DNA of 64,000 bases from positions 39,744,001-39,808,000 of the forward strand of contig CM052818.1 of assembly GCA_028534125.1 (NCBI GenBank). Reading direction: 5' to 3'. Under the pieces are notes generated by a model. The model worked only from the letters and a program-made list of their open reading frames with translations, made no database searches and had not been told where the DNA came from. The position numbers and the translations under genes are program-made. Source of the stretch: Lama glama (lineage: Eukaryota). This document shows, piece by piece, positions 12,301 through 23,250 of this stretch (position 1 is the first letter of the stretch; each line of letters opens with the position of its first letter).

Positions 12301-13828
12301 CTTAGGGGCCTGGGCTCAGGATAAGCTAGGCGGGGTAGTGTCCGAGTGAGCTGTGAAGGAGGAAGCAGAGCAGGGCCCTGCCCATCCCAGGGCTGGGGAT
12401 TCACTGTAGTTTGGAGGAAAGATCTGAAGAAGAGAAGAGGGAAAATAAGGAGTAAAGGAAGGAGGGCAAGTTGAGACAGGCAAAGGAGAAGTGCACCCCA
12501 AGCACTCTGCTCCCACAGGGACACCTTGAGTTGGCGTTCAGCACTTCAGCCTCCCCAGGGCTCCTGTGTCATGTCGGCTTTCTTTTTTCTTGTTTATGCC
12601 TTCATTGGACAAACCTGAGTTAAGAGTGTCTGGGAGGCATCGACCTGAAAGTTCTCTCTACAGAGTCCAGACCTGTCCACAGCGGCTGGGGACCCTGACT
12701 AAGGGTCAAGGAGGCCAGGAGGTACCAGCCTGCTCATAACATCAGCACCGCTTCCCTCTGGCCTTGCATTTGGAGGGTGCATAGCCCATAGCAGCTGAGG
12801 CCCAGCCTCAACTCTCTTGCTCCCTGGCAACCCACCTGGCCAGGGGGCCCACCAGACACACAAACATCCTGAAAACCCAAAGGCCCTGCCTCTCTTCTCT
12901 ACCAGGTAGGGAGGATGCTGAAGCCCCCTCTTAGGTGACTGCCGATGTTTGAGTTAGTAAATAATTGTGGGTGTCAGTGTCTTCGCAGAAACAAAGGTGA
13001 TCCATCCCCAAGGGCTATGGAAGGGAGTCCACGCACGCAGCTGCAGAGAGGATGGTGTCAGAAGGACTCATTAATAGTGAGGCAGAAAAGCAAACTGGAG
13101 GTCAGAGTTGAGAGTTGTAAGGAGAAAGATGACGTGGCTTCTAGAAGCCAAATTGAAGGTCAGATAGTAGAGCTAATGCACAGGGCCGGGGAGATGTGTG
13201 GGTTTATACGTGTGCTGTCTGTGAGGCTCTTTGTAGGTACAGTGTGATCCTCTGTGTGTGTGTGTGTGCTCCTTCTGCTTCTTGTATTTTGTTTAGGAGC
13301 ACAATACTGGTCATCCCAGTTTATCTTTGCACCTTGTTGTCATCTCTGCTTCAGAATGTGTGAATCTGTGTTTATCTGTCAGTGTGCATTTCTGTGTTTG
13401 TTTATCTGCACATGAATGTGTAAGTGTGCTTCCAAGTTTCTGTTATCTTTGCAGGAGAGTGTAATTCGGTGTTGACTCAGGCTTGCCTGGATGTAAGTCT
13501 TTACACGCCAGTTTCCCCGTGCTTCTGCCTTTCTCAGTGTCCTGTACACAGTAGACCCTCATTTTAAGTTGGTTGTTTTGCATAGGATTTAGTTTGGTTT
13601 CTGTATCAAGTTGTGTGTCTCTGCCAGAGGCCATTTGGAATGAGTCCTTGGATAAGAGAGGATTCCTGTCTTCCCTGTGAGGGCAGTGAGTTCCATGGGT
13701 GGCGTCTTAGACTCCCAGCTCCTGCTCTGGGGGACAGAGGGTGTGGCTGGGCTGGAACTCAGAAGGAGGGCACCTACCCTGAACTTCTCTTTTCCTCTCC
13801 CCCTTCTCCTCTCTCCTTTTCCTTGCAG

Positions 13829-13860
13829 ATCGAGATTGAGAACATAGTGAGACTACCGCC
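13829..13860 (+). other. OSR1: OSR1 exon 2, 5' UTR portion
   Basis: Follows a long polypyrimidine tract (~13783-13824) and the GCAG acceptor, and runs up to the ATG at 13861. Confidence 0.85.
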
Positions 13861-14528
13861 ATGGGCAGCAAAACCTTGCCAGCACCGGTGCCCATCCATC
13901 CATCCCTTCAGCTCACCAACTACTCCTTCCTTCAGGCAGTGAACGGCCTGCCCACGGTACCCTCGGACCACCTGCCCAACCTGTATGGTTTCAGTGCATT
14001 GCATGCTGTGCACCTGCACCAGTGGACGCTCGGCTACCCGGCCATGCACTTGCCCCGGTCCTCTTTCTCCAAAGTGCCCGGCGCCGTGTCCAGCCTGGTG
14101 GACGCGCGCTTCCAGCTGCCCGCATTTCCCTGGTTCCCTCATGTCATCCAGCCCAAGCCCGAGATCACCGCTGGAGGCAGCGGCCCCGCGGCGCTCAAGA
14201 CTAAGCCGCGCTTTGATTTTGCCAACCTGGCCTTGGCCGCCACGCAAGAAGATCCGTCCAAGCTCGGCCGCGGGGAGGGTCCCGGCTCCCCCGCCGGTGG
14301 GCTGGGCGCCCTCCTGGATGTGACCAAGCTGTCCCCAGAAAAGAAGCCCACGAGGGGACGCCTGCCTTCCAAAACCAAGAAGGAGTTCGTCTGCAAATTC
14401 TGTGGCCGCCACTTCACTAAGTCCTACAACCTCCTTATCCATGAGCGGACGCACACAGACGAGCGGCCCTACACCTGCGACATCTGCCACAAAGCCTTCC
14501 GGAGGCAAGACCACCTACGAGACCACAG
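13861..14528 (+). CDS. OSR1: OSR1 first coding segment (exon 2): N-terminus, eh1-like FDFANLA motif, zinc finger 1 and most of zinc finger 2
   Basis: Translation [31 protein letters not shown]...[17 protein letters not shown]...[47 protein letters not shown] is recognisably vertebrate OSR1. Strong Kozak context ACCGCCATGG, in-frame upstream TGA at 13837-13839, acceptor polypyrimidine+TTGCAG ending 13828, donor CACAG|GTGCGG at 14528/14529 (phase 2). Confidence 0.98.
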
Positions 14529-14771
14529 GTGCGGTACTGGGGCGGGGGGAGGCAAAAGAGAGCCTTCTGTCTGCCTCTTGCTCACCATCCTCCCTAATGA
14601 GGAGGTTCTGAGACCCCCTGCCGACTCCAAGCCTCCTGAGTTTCCGGGGTTCCCCACATCTCGAATGAAAGCATACAAGGCTCAAGGAAGGGCTCCTGGA
14701 GCATGGGTGGAGAGAACATGGGATGAGTAGGACTTAAAGTCCCTTCAGGCACTCACAGCTTCCTCCATCCG

Positions 14772-14945
14772 CAGCGCTTGTACAATAGAATTTTCTGTGA
14801 TAATGGAAAGTGTGACACGTGACACGTGTGACAGTTGAGCACTTGAAATAGGCAGTTAGTGTTACGGAGAAACTACTTTTTAGTTTACTTAATTGTAATT
14901 TTAGTAACGACACATAGCTGATGGCTACAGTCCTGGACAGCATAG
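14772..14945. mobile_element. MER3-like hAT-Charlie MITE in OSR1 intron 2
   Basis: Ends CAGCGCTTGTACAATAGAATTTTCTGTGATAATGGAAA and ATGGCTACAGTCCTGGACAGCATAG with internal TTGAGCACTTGAAAT resemble the MER3 consensus. Confidence 0.7.
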
Positions 14946-14994
14946 CTTCAGCAAAGTGTCCCACCCAGGTCCCCTCACTCACCTTCAGTGTTGA

Positions 14995-15420
<426 letters not shown>

Positions 15421-16225
15421 ATAGAGCCTTCGGGTCACCAGGACCCTGGGTCACGCTGCCCCCTCCTCCAGAGGGTCCAGAAGCCGAAGGCGACTCTGGC
15501 GGGCTGCGGGAGGGGCTCCCTGGACCTTCCCCCACCCTAAACGCGTCCCCTGGGTCCCGGGCGCACGCGGAACTCCAGAGCCCCGCCTCGGGGCCGTGAC
15601 CCCGGCCGCCCGGGCGGCTCCCCCAGGACGCGGCTAAACTCTTGGCCAAAAGGCGGTACTCACGTGGCGGAAGGGAAACTGCATTAAAAAAAGAACGAAA
15701 GCTTCGCGGAGCCGCAGCGGCGCCTCTCCCAGAAGTATTACTTTTTCTATTGTTATTTTATACGTTTTCTTTATTATTTTTTTCTTTGACCATATAAGCT
15801 TGTAACTCTTGACTGCGGAGAGAGAGAGGGGAGAGGAAAAGAAGTTCTGTGCTCTCGCAGCTTCCACCCCCCTCCTCCCGCCCCCATCCTCACCCCCCGG
15901 GAGCCTGCAAAAGTGTAATCCCTGTATCTGCTTCAGCCACCCGGCCCCCGGAATCCTGGGCCGGGGAGCGCCCCTCCCAGCTCCCGCCGCGCAGGGGGCG
16001 GTGGGCTCCCGGACTCCCACGGCGGGGCGGGGGCCTGAGGCCCCGGGGCTGGAGAGGGCCTGGCCTCCGGCTCCCCTGCTCCGCTGCCTTGTCACCCGGA
16101 GCGAGCAGCCGGCTAGGAGCAGGGCGATGTATTGCGATTGGCACTTTATGCTGACCATCGGTAACGGACATTTATCACTGGAGTTTTTAAAAATATTAAA
16201 TAAACGGTTATTTTACAGGCATTGC
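15421..16225 (+). other. OSR1: OSR1 3' UTR (GC-rich with an internal U-rich block); end approximate
   Basis: Runs from the stop codon to overlapping ATTAAA (16195-16200) and AATAAA (16199-16204) signals. Confidence 0.8.
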
Positions 16226-17600
16226 AGGGTGGGTAATTTCCCTCCCAGACGCAGGAAACTGGGTGGCTCCTTTCTTTGTGAGGAGCGGGGTTTCGCTGCC
16301 CACTCCTACCTGTCCCATTTCCGGAACCTCCCCCTTATTGGGGTTAATGGGTTGGGATGGATGGAGAAGCCCTCCTCTCTCCCCGTGTTGGTCAACCTCT
16401 GACCCCACCCATATTGATTTTCTTACTTTTCCCTCCACTTCGGCCTTAAGAGTCTCAGTCTCCCCACTCCTCATCTCCAAAAGGCTCCGAGTTTAAAAAG
16501 AAGCCAAGCCTGCGGCCAATACATCGGCCGTAAAAAATCCCAACATTGCCGGGTGCTAGGGTCGCTTAGGGTCCACCAAGGGAACAGAAGGTCACCTACC
16601 TCTCCAACCAAGGGCTTCCCTACTTGCCTGATGCTTCTGCTTTGGGGAGAGAAGGAGGCGCCCTCACGGACAGTCTCAGACCAGTTCATTCCCCCGGGCC
16701 CCTAAACGCAGCTGCAAATACACAGTCACCGCAGCCTCCCCCAAACCCAAACCTACATCCCTTCCTCCGTTAGGATCCGCCTGACACAATTTTGTGGCCG
16801 GGGCTTGTCCCTTGCCCGGAGCCCGGCTTTATGCCCGCAAAGATTCCCTGCAGTTTTAAAGCCTTGTCAGGAATGGCGGAGGCGGGCGCCCTGGGAGGCC
16901 CGGGAGTTAGGAGGAGAAATCTGAGTCCGCCCTCCACAAGCTGAACCTTCCCTGGGGCGCCTAGTTTTCCCACAATTAGAGGCCAAGCCGCCGGGGGCTC
17001 TCCTGCTTGGAGCGGGGCGGGGCTCCCTCAGCTCCGGCATCCAGACCGCGCGGCGGTGCAGGCGGTGGCGCCCGCGGCCTTTCCCGATCCAAGCAGGGCC
17101 TCTCCGGCTTTTGTCCCCGACGCTCCGCGGCCACGGAGACCGCTGGGTCGAGCTTCCCTGCAACAAGAGACCCCAAATCCCAGCCTTAGACTGGGCCCTT
17201 ATGTCTGAGAAAACGAGTCGGGACTGTAGGAGTTAAAACGTTCCAGCCTTTCACTGCGCAACCCCCACCACCTCCTCTGGGGACGCCTCCTCGCCCTCCG
17301 CGGGCTTGAACTGGGCGATTCGGGAACCCGACTGGTCACTGTAGCCTTGGCCGGGACGGCAAGAAGGAGCCCTGCCCTCAGCATTCGGAGCCACGCTGCC
17401 CCCTGCTGGACAGGCCTGGAGGGGCCGCTCAGGAATCGGGGTCCCTCACTGCGTCCGGCGCACAATTGGGAATAACTCTCAGTCGCGGCCCGGATCGGCG
17501 CCTGATCTTGCCCTTAAACTTTTCTTGACTGGTTTTGGGGCCCACTGCGAACGAGGAGCAGGGCGCTGCCGGTTCTGGATGCCGGTTCTTGCTCAGCTAG
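15430..17600. promoter_or_regulatory. CpG island(s) over the OSR1 3' UTR and downstream flank
   Basis: CpG-dense blocks at ~15430-16150 and ~16780-17590. Confidence 0.7.
16195..16204 (+). terminator. Polyadenylation signal (overlapping ATTAAA/AATAAA) of OSR1
   Basis: Sequence ATTAAATAAA is the first AATAAA I found after the stop codon, with G/T-rich sequence ~20-35 nt downstream. Confidence 0.8.
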
Positions 17601-18759
17601 ATGAGCAAGATCCCAAGCTTTCCTACCCTCAGTTCCAAAAGGACTTCCCCCAGGAGAGAATGGAGCCCAGATCCCAGAGAACTGTGATGGCTGGGCATCT
17701 GAAGGGAGTTTAGTCAGTGGGTTTTGGACTTCGACGGCTTGGGCCCAGGCAGCACAGGCTGTGGTATGGGTCGCCCTTGGCCCAGGCTTGTGCTGGGGCC
17801 CAGGGCAGGAAGCGACACCCATTTACTAGCCCATTGTGCTGGTTGTTCCAAGATGATGACAGTGTGTGGACACACACACACACGCACATACACAGCCACT
17901 ACTGAGAGTTTTGGGCACCTCTGAGGATCTGAGAGAGAGTGTCACTTAGTCCCTTCACTCTTTCTGGGGTTCTACATCTTCCTCAACGATTGATTGATTA
18001 CCGACCACTGCTGCCCCATGCCGCTCACATTGCACTGTCTCCCACCTCCCTAAGACAAGCAGAAGCTCTGTCCCCACTCAAGACTTCCTAAAGACTGAAG
18101 AGGAGGATTGCCTGCAAGGGTTTCCTTGCTGGTCCATCCACTTCTGGTACCATGAATCCCTGCCCCTCCATGCCTAGGCCCTCCCAGCAAGAAACGTTCA
18201 GTATCAGGGGTGCATCCTTGAAAGAATGAATTCCTAGCGCAGAGGGTTTTTTTTGGGGGGGGAGTGGCTGTCCAGAGACCTCTGTCCTTTCACAATGTCT
18301 CTGCTGTGATTCGGATGGACTCAGAAGTCAGTTCTCAGTGTAGTTTGCTGCAGTCCCGTGACTGCAGTGATTTCATAGATTATACAGTAATAGCGACTGC
18401 GAGCAGAAAGGCAAGCCTGGGCTGTGGGCCACCAGACCGCACACAGGCTACAGTTCCTTGGTGGTACTCCACGGGTCGCATGAAAAGGCAATGAGCCTGT
18501 TGGAAATGCTGGATGGGTTTTACTGCCTGTCCCATTGCAGGTGGCCATTCCCCCCCCAAACCTCTGGAAGAACCCCCACCCCCCACACACACACCTACCC
18601 CACACCTCGTTTTCAGACATTAAGCATCTTTGGTCTCTGGTTGCCCAGCGTGCCTGGGGCCGGTTTTCAGGAGTGAAGAAGATGAGAATTCAGCAGGGGT
18701 CATTTCCAAAGCTGCTAGGCCTGCAATTCGTGTCCAGGGCAGGGGAGGGGGGCAGGGGG

Positions 18760-19960
18760 GGCTACCCGACTGGACTTCTCGGCTGGGCGGAAAGCGCGAC
18801 AGACTCTAGTGCTCGCTCTAGGAAGAGATCAGGAGAGACCTGGGAGAAAGAACAGCCTGCAGAGGCTTCGTTCAGGTTCCTTCTCCTCCTTCTGGAATAT
18901 AGCTACAGGTTTGGGCTGCACGAAGGGACGTTTCCTTGCTGACCTCCTTGTCTGGAGATTCAGGGCTAGTACAGGATCCTGAGGAAGGGCGCGGGAGAAA
19001 CGCGTGAGATGGCCTAGGGCTTCCTGACGTCACCTTATCTCCAAGAACGTGAGATCTGTGATATCCCATCCCCAACCCTGGAACCTTGGTGTACGGAGAA
19101 ACCGGCTCAAAGTCGTCCCACCCCACCTCCCAGAGCACTAGGGCGCTATGACGTCAGGGCATCCTCTCGCTGACAATGATGTCACACAGGTCTCTGGCAA
19201 AGCGCAAGGGCTCCGCGACGTCTAGAGCGGTATCTCATTTACGTACTTCCATGACGTCACATTGGGCCCCGCCTGGAGCGGAGACACTACTGCTCCTGTA
19301 TTTCCCGGTCCCACCCCTCGAACCCTGCCCATAGACACGCCAAGAATCGGTTCGTCCTCACGGACAGGATCTGCAGACCCGAACCGTTGGAGGTGCCTTT
19401 AGTGAAGGCGGGTGCGCAGCGCCTCCGCTTCCGGGATCTGGAGGCTCTGAATGCTCTCCCAGCCCGCAGAGTTTCAGGGCACCAGATGCCATGGGAATAT
19501 TCGCCCCGCCCTCCCGGATGGGTCCTACCCACCCGCCTCCCCGCCCACTGCGCAGGCCCGGCGCGCAGGCGCAGAAGGAAGTCGTCGCCCTGAGCAGTGG
19601 TTGCTGGAGCGCGCTGCTCCGCGGAGGTTCCTGGCGGTCAGGTCGCTGCCGACTTCCGAGTCCCGCTTTCAGGGATGACAAACTTGGGGTGACACTGGCC
19701 TGGCGGGCACACCTAGCCTTCGGCGTATGTGAGATGCCGACGAGGGAGAGGGCAGCTCCGGGTTAGTGCGGGCTGGAGCTCCTTGGATTTCCTGTGGCGT
19801 CTCAAATCCAGCGCAGCTGTGGTCAGACCGAGGTCCTTGGGATTAGAGCCGGCAGGGATGGTGTGACCGGGCCCTGCTCTAGACCAGAAAGTCCAGGGCG
19901 TCCCAGCCTTCTCGGGCGGGGGCTCTGAGGCAGAGGTCTTGGCCCCCAGTCGGGCGGAGC
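18760..19960 (+). promoter_or_regulatory. Second CpG-island promoter with CRE cluster, GC boxes, NRF1 and ETS motifs (probable lncRNA promoter)
   Basis: TGACGTCA at 19025-19032, 19149-19156 and 19252-19259; CCCGCCC boxes near 19505 and 19540; GCGCAGGCGCA at 19563-19573; GGAAGT at 19577-19582; candidate donor CGG|GTTAGT at 19761/19762. Strand is inferred from the donor. Confidence 0.7.
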
Positions 19961-20174
19961 TCTTAGAGGCACACCTGCTTTACCCATCCAGCCTGGCTTT
20001 CTGGGCCGCCTTCACAGCCAAACTGATGGTTGGGCCCAGTTTGAATATGTTTTAGATGAAAAATTCACTACAGACATGAGATACTAGGAAGGGATCAAAC
20101 CTCATGTCAGTGGCAGAGGAAGAATTAGAAGCTTTATTTCCTCTGAGGCCTGAAGATCCTGTTTTGTCTAGCTT

Positions 20175-20262
20175 TTTCTGCTACTCACAAACTTTGGGCA
20201 AAGTCCCTACGCTTCTCTGAGCCTCATAGTGGGGATAATACTCTTCCCACTTACCTCAATCA
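20175..20262. mobile_element. MIR fragment
   Basis: ACTTTGGGCAAAGTC...CTTCTCTGAGCCTCA...GGGGATAATA...CTTACCTCA. Confidence 0.55.
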
Positions 20263-21809
20263 GTTAATGACAGGTCAAAGTCATACATACTTTCTCAGTA
20301 TTTTTTTTTTTTTACTGCTTAACCCAAAATCTGGACCTTGATGTGTTGCAGAACCACTTGGGCATTTATGAAGCACCCTGTCAGAGTATTATTAGAAATA
20401 CTTCTCAGCATCCTGAAATAGCCTGCTTCCCAAGCTGCCTTATTCTTAGAAGAATCTTCCTCCCATCTTCACTATATTGTAACCCAGGGATCCTGAAATG
20501 GGATGGAAGAAGGGTATCTCACCTGGACTGGTGGCGTTCTTGAACCCTCCTGAACCTCCTGGAAAACTTGAAAGAAGCCTTTTTTAAAAAACTCTCTGGA
20601 GACAAATGGATTAATCAGTTCACAGATGATCGTTATGTTTGGTTGGGAGAGGAAGTCGGGTGACAAAATGTAAGTGTCCTACTCACCACTCCTTTGAGAC
20701 ATATACTTAGGGAGAAAAAAAAATCACCCTGGGTGGCAGAATGAGGTGTGGGGTAGGGCAGGGGCCTATGTATGTGGCAGGTGTCACTGGGTAAGTAGTA
20801 AGGGTCTTAAACTCTGCAAACATCCCCTACTGCTTCTCCTTTGGAGTTGTGCTTTCTTTGACTTGTGCTAGAGTGTCCCAGCCTGCAGAAACACTAGTTA
20901 CACAATACTATTCCATGGACACATTTGCAGGAATGTTTCTATCACCCAGCCACCCGAGCCCTGGCCATGTGCTGCCATTCTTGGCCATTTTTCCTGGCCA
21001 GTGCTGGTTCCAGCTTCAGCAATAAGAATATAGAATAGAACGATTAACCCAGAAAAGTGGAATGGTTTGAGATGAATGAAGGATTAATAGGTTGCAAGTT
21101 TTGTTTTTTTCTTTTCCAAACACTGAGCTGGCTCTTAGCAGCTCAGCCATCTCTGGGGAGGTATAAAGCATAATTAATTTATTTTTAATGTTTGGTTTGA
21201 TTGAACTCTTTTTCTAGTGAGATAAGATAAGGAGTTTGTCATGACAAGGGCAGGGATGGATTGCTTTTTGTCATTCACAGGAGTGGGTGCCACTTGGAAA
21301 CTTGTAGGTAGATGGTGGCATGAGATGAGAAACTTTACAGGGGACGTGATAGAAAACTAGAGAAGATGGGACAGGAATGGCTAGATTCTTTGCCACTTGA
21401 AGGACCAGAGAGGGAGAATGAGCTTCCAGAGAATGCAGGCCTGGCTTTAAATGTTGCGATTTCCTTGGGAGGTTGGTTGTTGGTTCACTTCTTATTGACC
21501 TGGGTCAAGAGCTGAGCGTGTTTGTGCAGTCGGAGTTCAGAATATCTTCAGTTATCTCACAGCATACGTGGCTCCTCCTGTAGGCTTGCAATAGGCCAAG
21601 AACCAGAGCAGATGTCGTGCGGTAACTATCAGGAACAGTCCCTGTGGTCTTGTCATTGGAGAGATCAACCAACACTGAAATATTTAAGCAGATACTCTAA
21701 GGCGGGTAGGGTGGCTTGAAGAGTTCTTGTCAGCTGTTAACAGGGATCTATGTGTCATAAGAACCACCTTTTTAATGATAAGGTTCATATCTAATGCATT
21801 TAAAAAATT

Positions 21810-21906
21810 TTGCCTATTAATTCCTAACTTTGATACTTAATGTGTTAAAAGCTCCCACCATGATGGTAAAATTATTATTTTCTTGTAGTTCTAGTGTGTG
21901 TGTGTA

Positions 21907-21938
<32 letters not shown>

Positions 21939-22100
21939 TACATGTATAGTATATGATACATATACTATAGTGTGTGTGTATATATATATACATTATGCTA
22001 TGTATGTACGTATATATGCTACACACACACACACACTGCAGTTTTAGGTTAGTTATAACCTCTTCAGTTTGACTCACTAAAACTGAGTGTTTTATTATAT
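21810..22100 (-). mobile_element. Old L1 ORF2 endonuclease-region fragment with an embedded (TG)n/(TA)n/(CA)n microsatellite
   Basis: Minus-strand translation ...ELQENNNFTIMVGAFNTLSI resembles the L1 ORF2 EN motif TIIVGDFNTPLS. The compound dinucleotide repeat spans ~21895-22035. Confidence 0.55.
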
Positions 22101-23192
22101 TGTTTATAAAAAATATCGAATGTATCTGGTGGCTGGGAGCATGGATTTCTTGTTTGCTCTTTGGTTTTCAGATCATAATTTCAATATAAATTTGTGCATA
22201 GAATTTTAAGCCTCATTAAATTTTTGGCAATGGAATTTAAGGAATCTCTCCAAATTTTCCTAAACTCTTAGTTTAGCTTCCTTTACTGCCAAAGTATTTC
22301 CTAAAGGGGTAGGATTTTTTTTCTCTTCCAAAATTGTGCCTTATAGATTTCTTACCTTTGCTTTGGTCAGGAGGGGAAATAATTATTAAACAAAACCTTT
22401 TCTTCAGTTAATATTATTTATTAAGATCTATGACTTATGCCAGAGAACAGGCTAAGTGTGGGTATTATACAAATTGAGATCAAGAGGCCTTGCTTTTTCC
22501 AGATATATGTTGTTACAACCTAGGTTCGCTTCAGCAAGTCTGGCCAGATGTAAGCAGGTAACGCGGATAAAAGGGACCGGGAGACAGGAGACCTTTGTCT
22601 CAGCACAAGTTTTATTGCTCCACTTTGCTGAGTCACCTTCCTCAAATCCCGCAGCATCCCACGGCCTCAATTTCCTTACCTGTCAATGAGAATAAATGAG
22701 GTCTTCTAACTTCTAAAGTTTTTGTCACAGAAAATTTAAATTTGTGCCATAAATATAGATAATATTGCTAAAGGTTATCCACCTCTTTTTATTTATTCTT
22801 AAAAAGTATCTGCAAATGCTCCCAGTTTTTCTGCTGCTTTTGGTCTCAAAAATGTCTTAGGGCAATGAGAATCAGGAAACTGCTAGATTAGCTAAAAATG
22901 ATTTCAGACTTCATCTACAAGGGTTGACTGTGTCCATTTTTGCTAGGAGTGAGAACCAAATCTATTTTTCTCTCTTTAATACTCATTCTTTAGTTGTGGA
23001 GCAGCTGGTTATGTCACCCCAGCGGACTAAGGCAGAAGCCTCACACGTGGTTTACAGAACCACGCAGCAGACATCCATGGGCTGAAATAGCTGTAATTAG
23101 AAAATCAATGCTCTCCAAGTAAGAAAAATGACAAAAACACAAAATTTGAAATAATGAACGCAAAGGTTTGAATCATAAATATTTATTTCTCG

Positions 23193-23250
23193 AGAAACAA
23201 GGCAAACTCATTTCTAGTTTCAGAAACAAGGCAAACTCATTTCTAGTTTC
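23193..23250. repeat. Perfect 29-bp tandem duplication
   Basis: AGAAACAAGGCAAACTCATTTCTAGTTTC at 23193-23221 and again at 23222-23250. Confidence 0.97.

Noticed and set aside
13774..14514. 246-aa minus-strand ORF
   Set aside because: Antisense shadow of the GC-rich OSR1 coding exon with no recognisable domain.
13861..14730. 289-aa single-exon ORF as the OSR1 protein
   Set aside because: It runs past the donor at 14528 into intron 2 and breaks zinc finger 2. Splicing to 15285 restores the canonical three-finger protein.
15634..16402. 174-aa and 197-aa ORFs over the 3' UTR
   Set aside because: GC-rich UTR sequence with low-complexity translations and no domain.
19130..19200. Annotating a functional miRNA gene here
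   Set aside because: Arm complementarity beyond the CRE cores looks poor in this species, so it is reported only as a probable positional homolog.
23193..23250. CRISPR direct repeat (29 bp)
   Set aside because: Only two copies, directly adjacent with no spacer.
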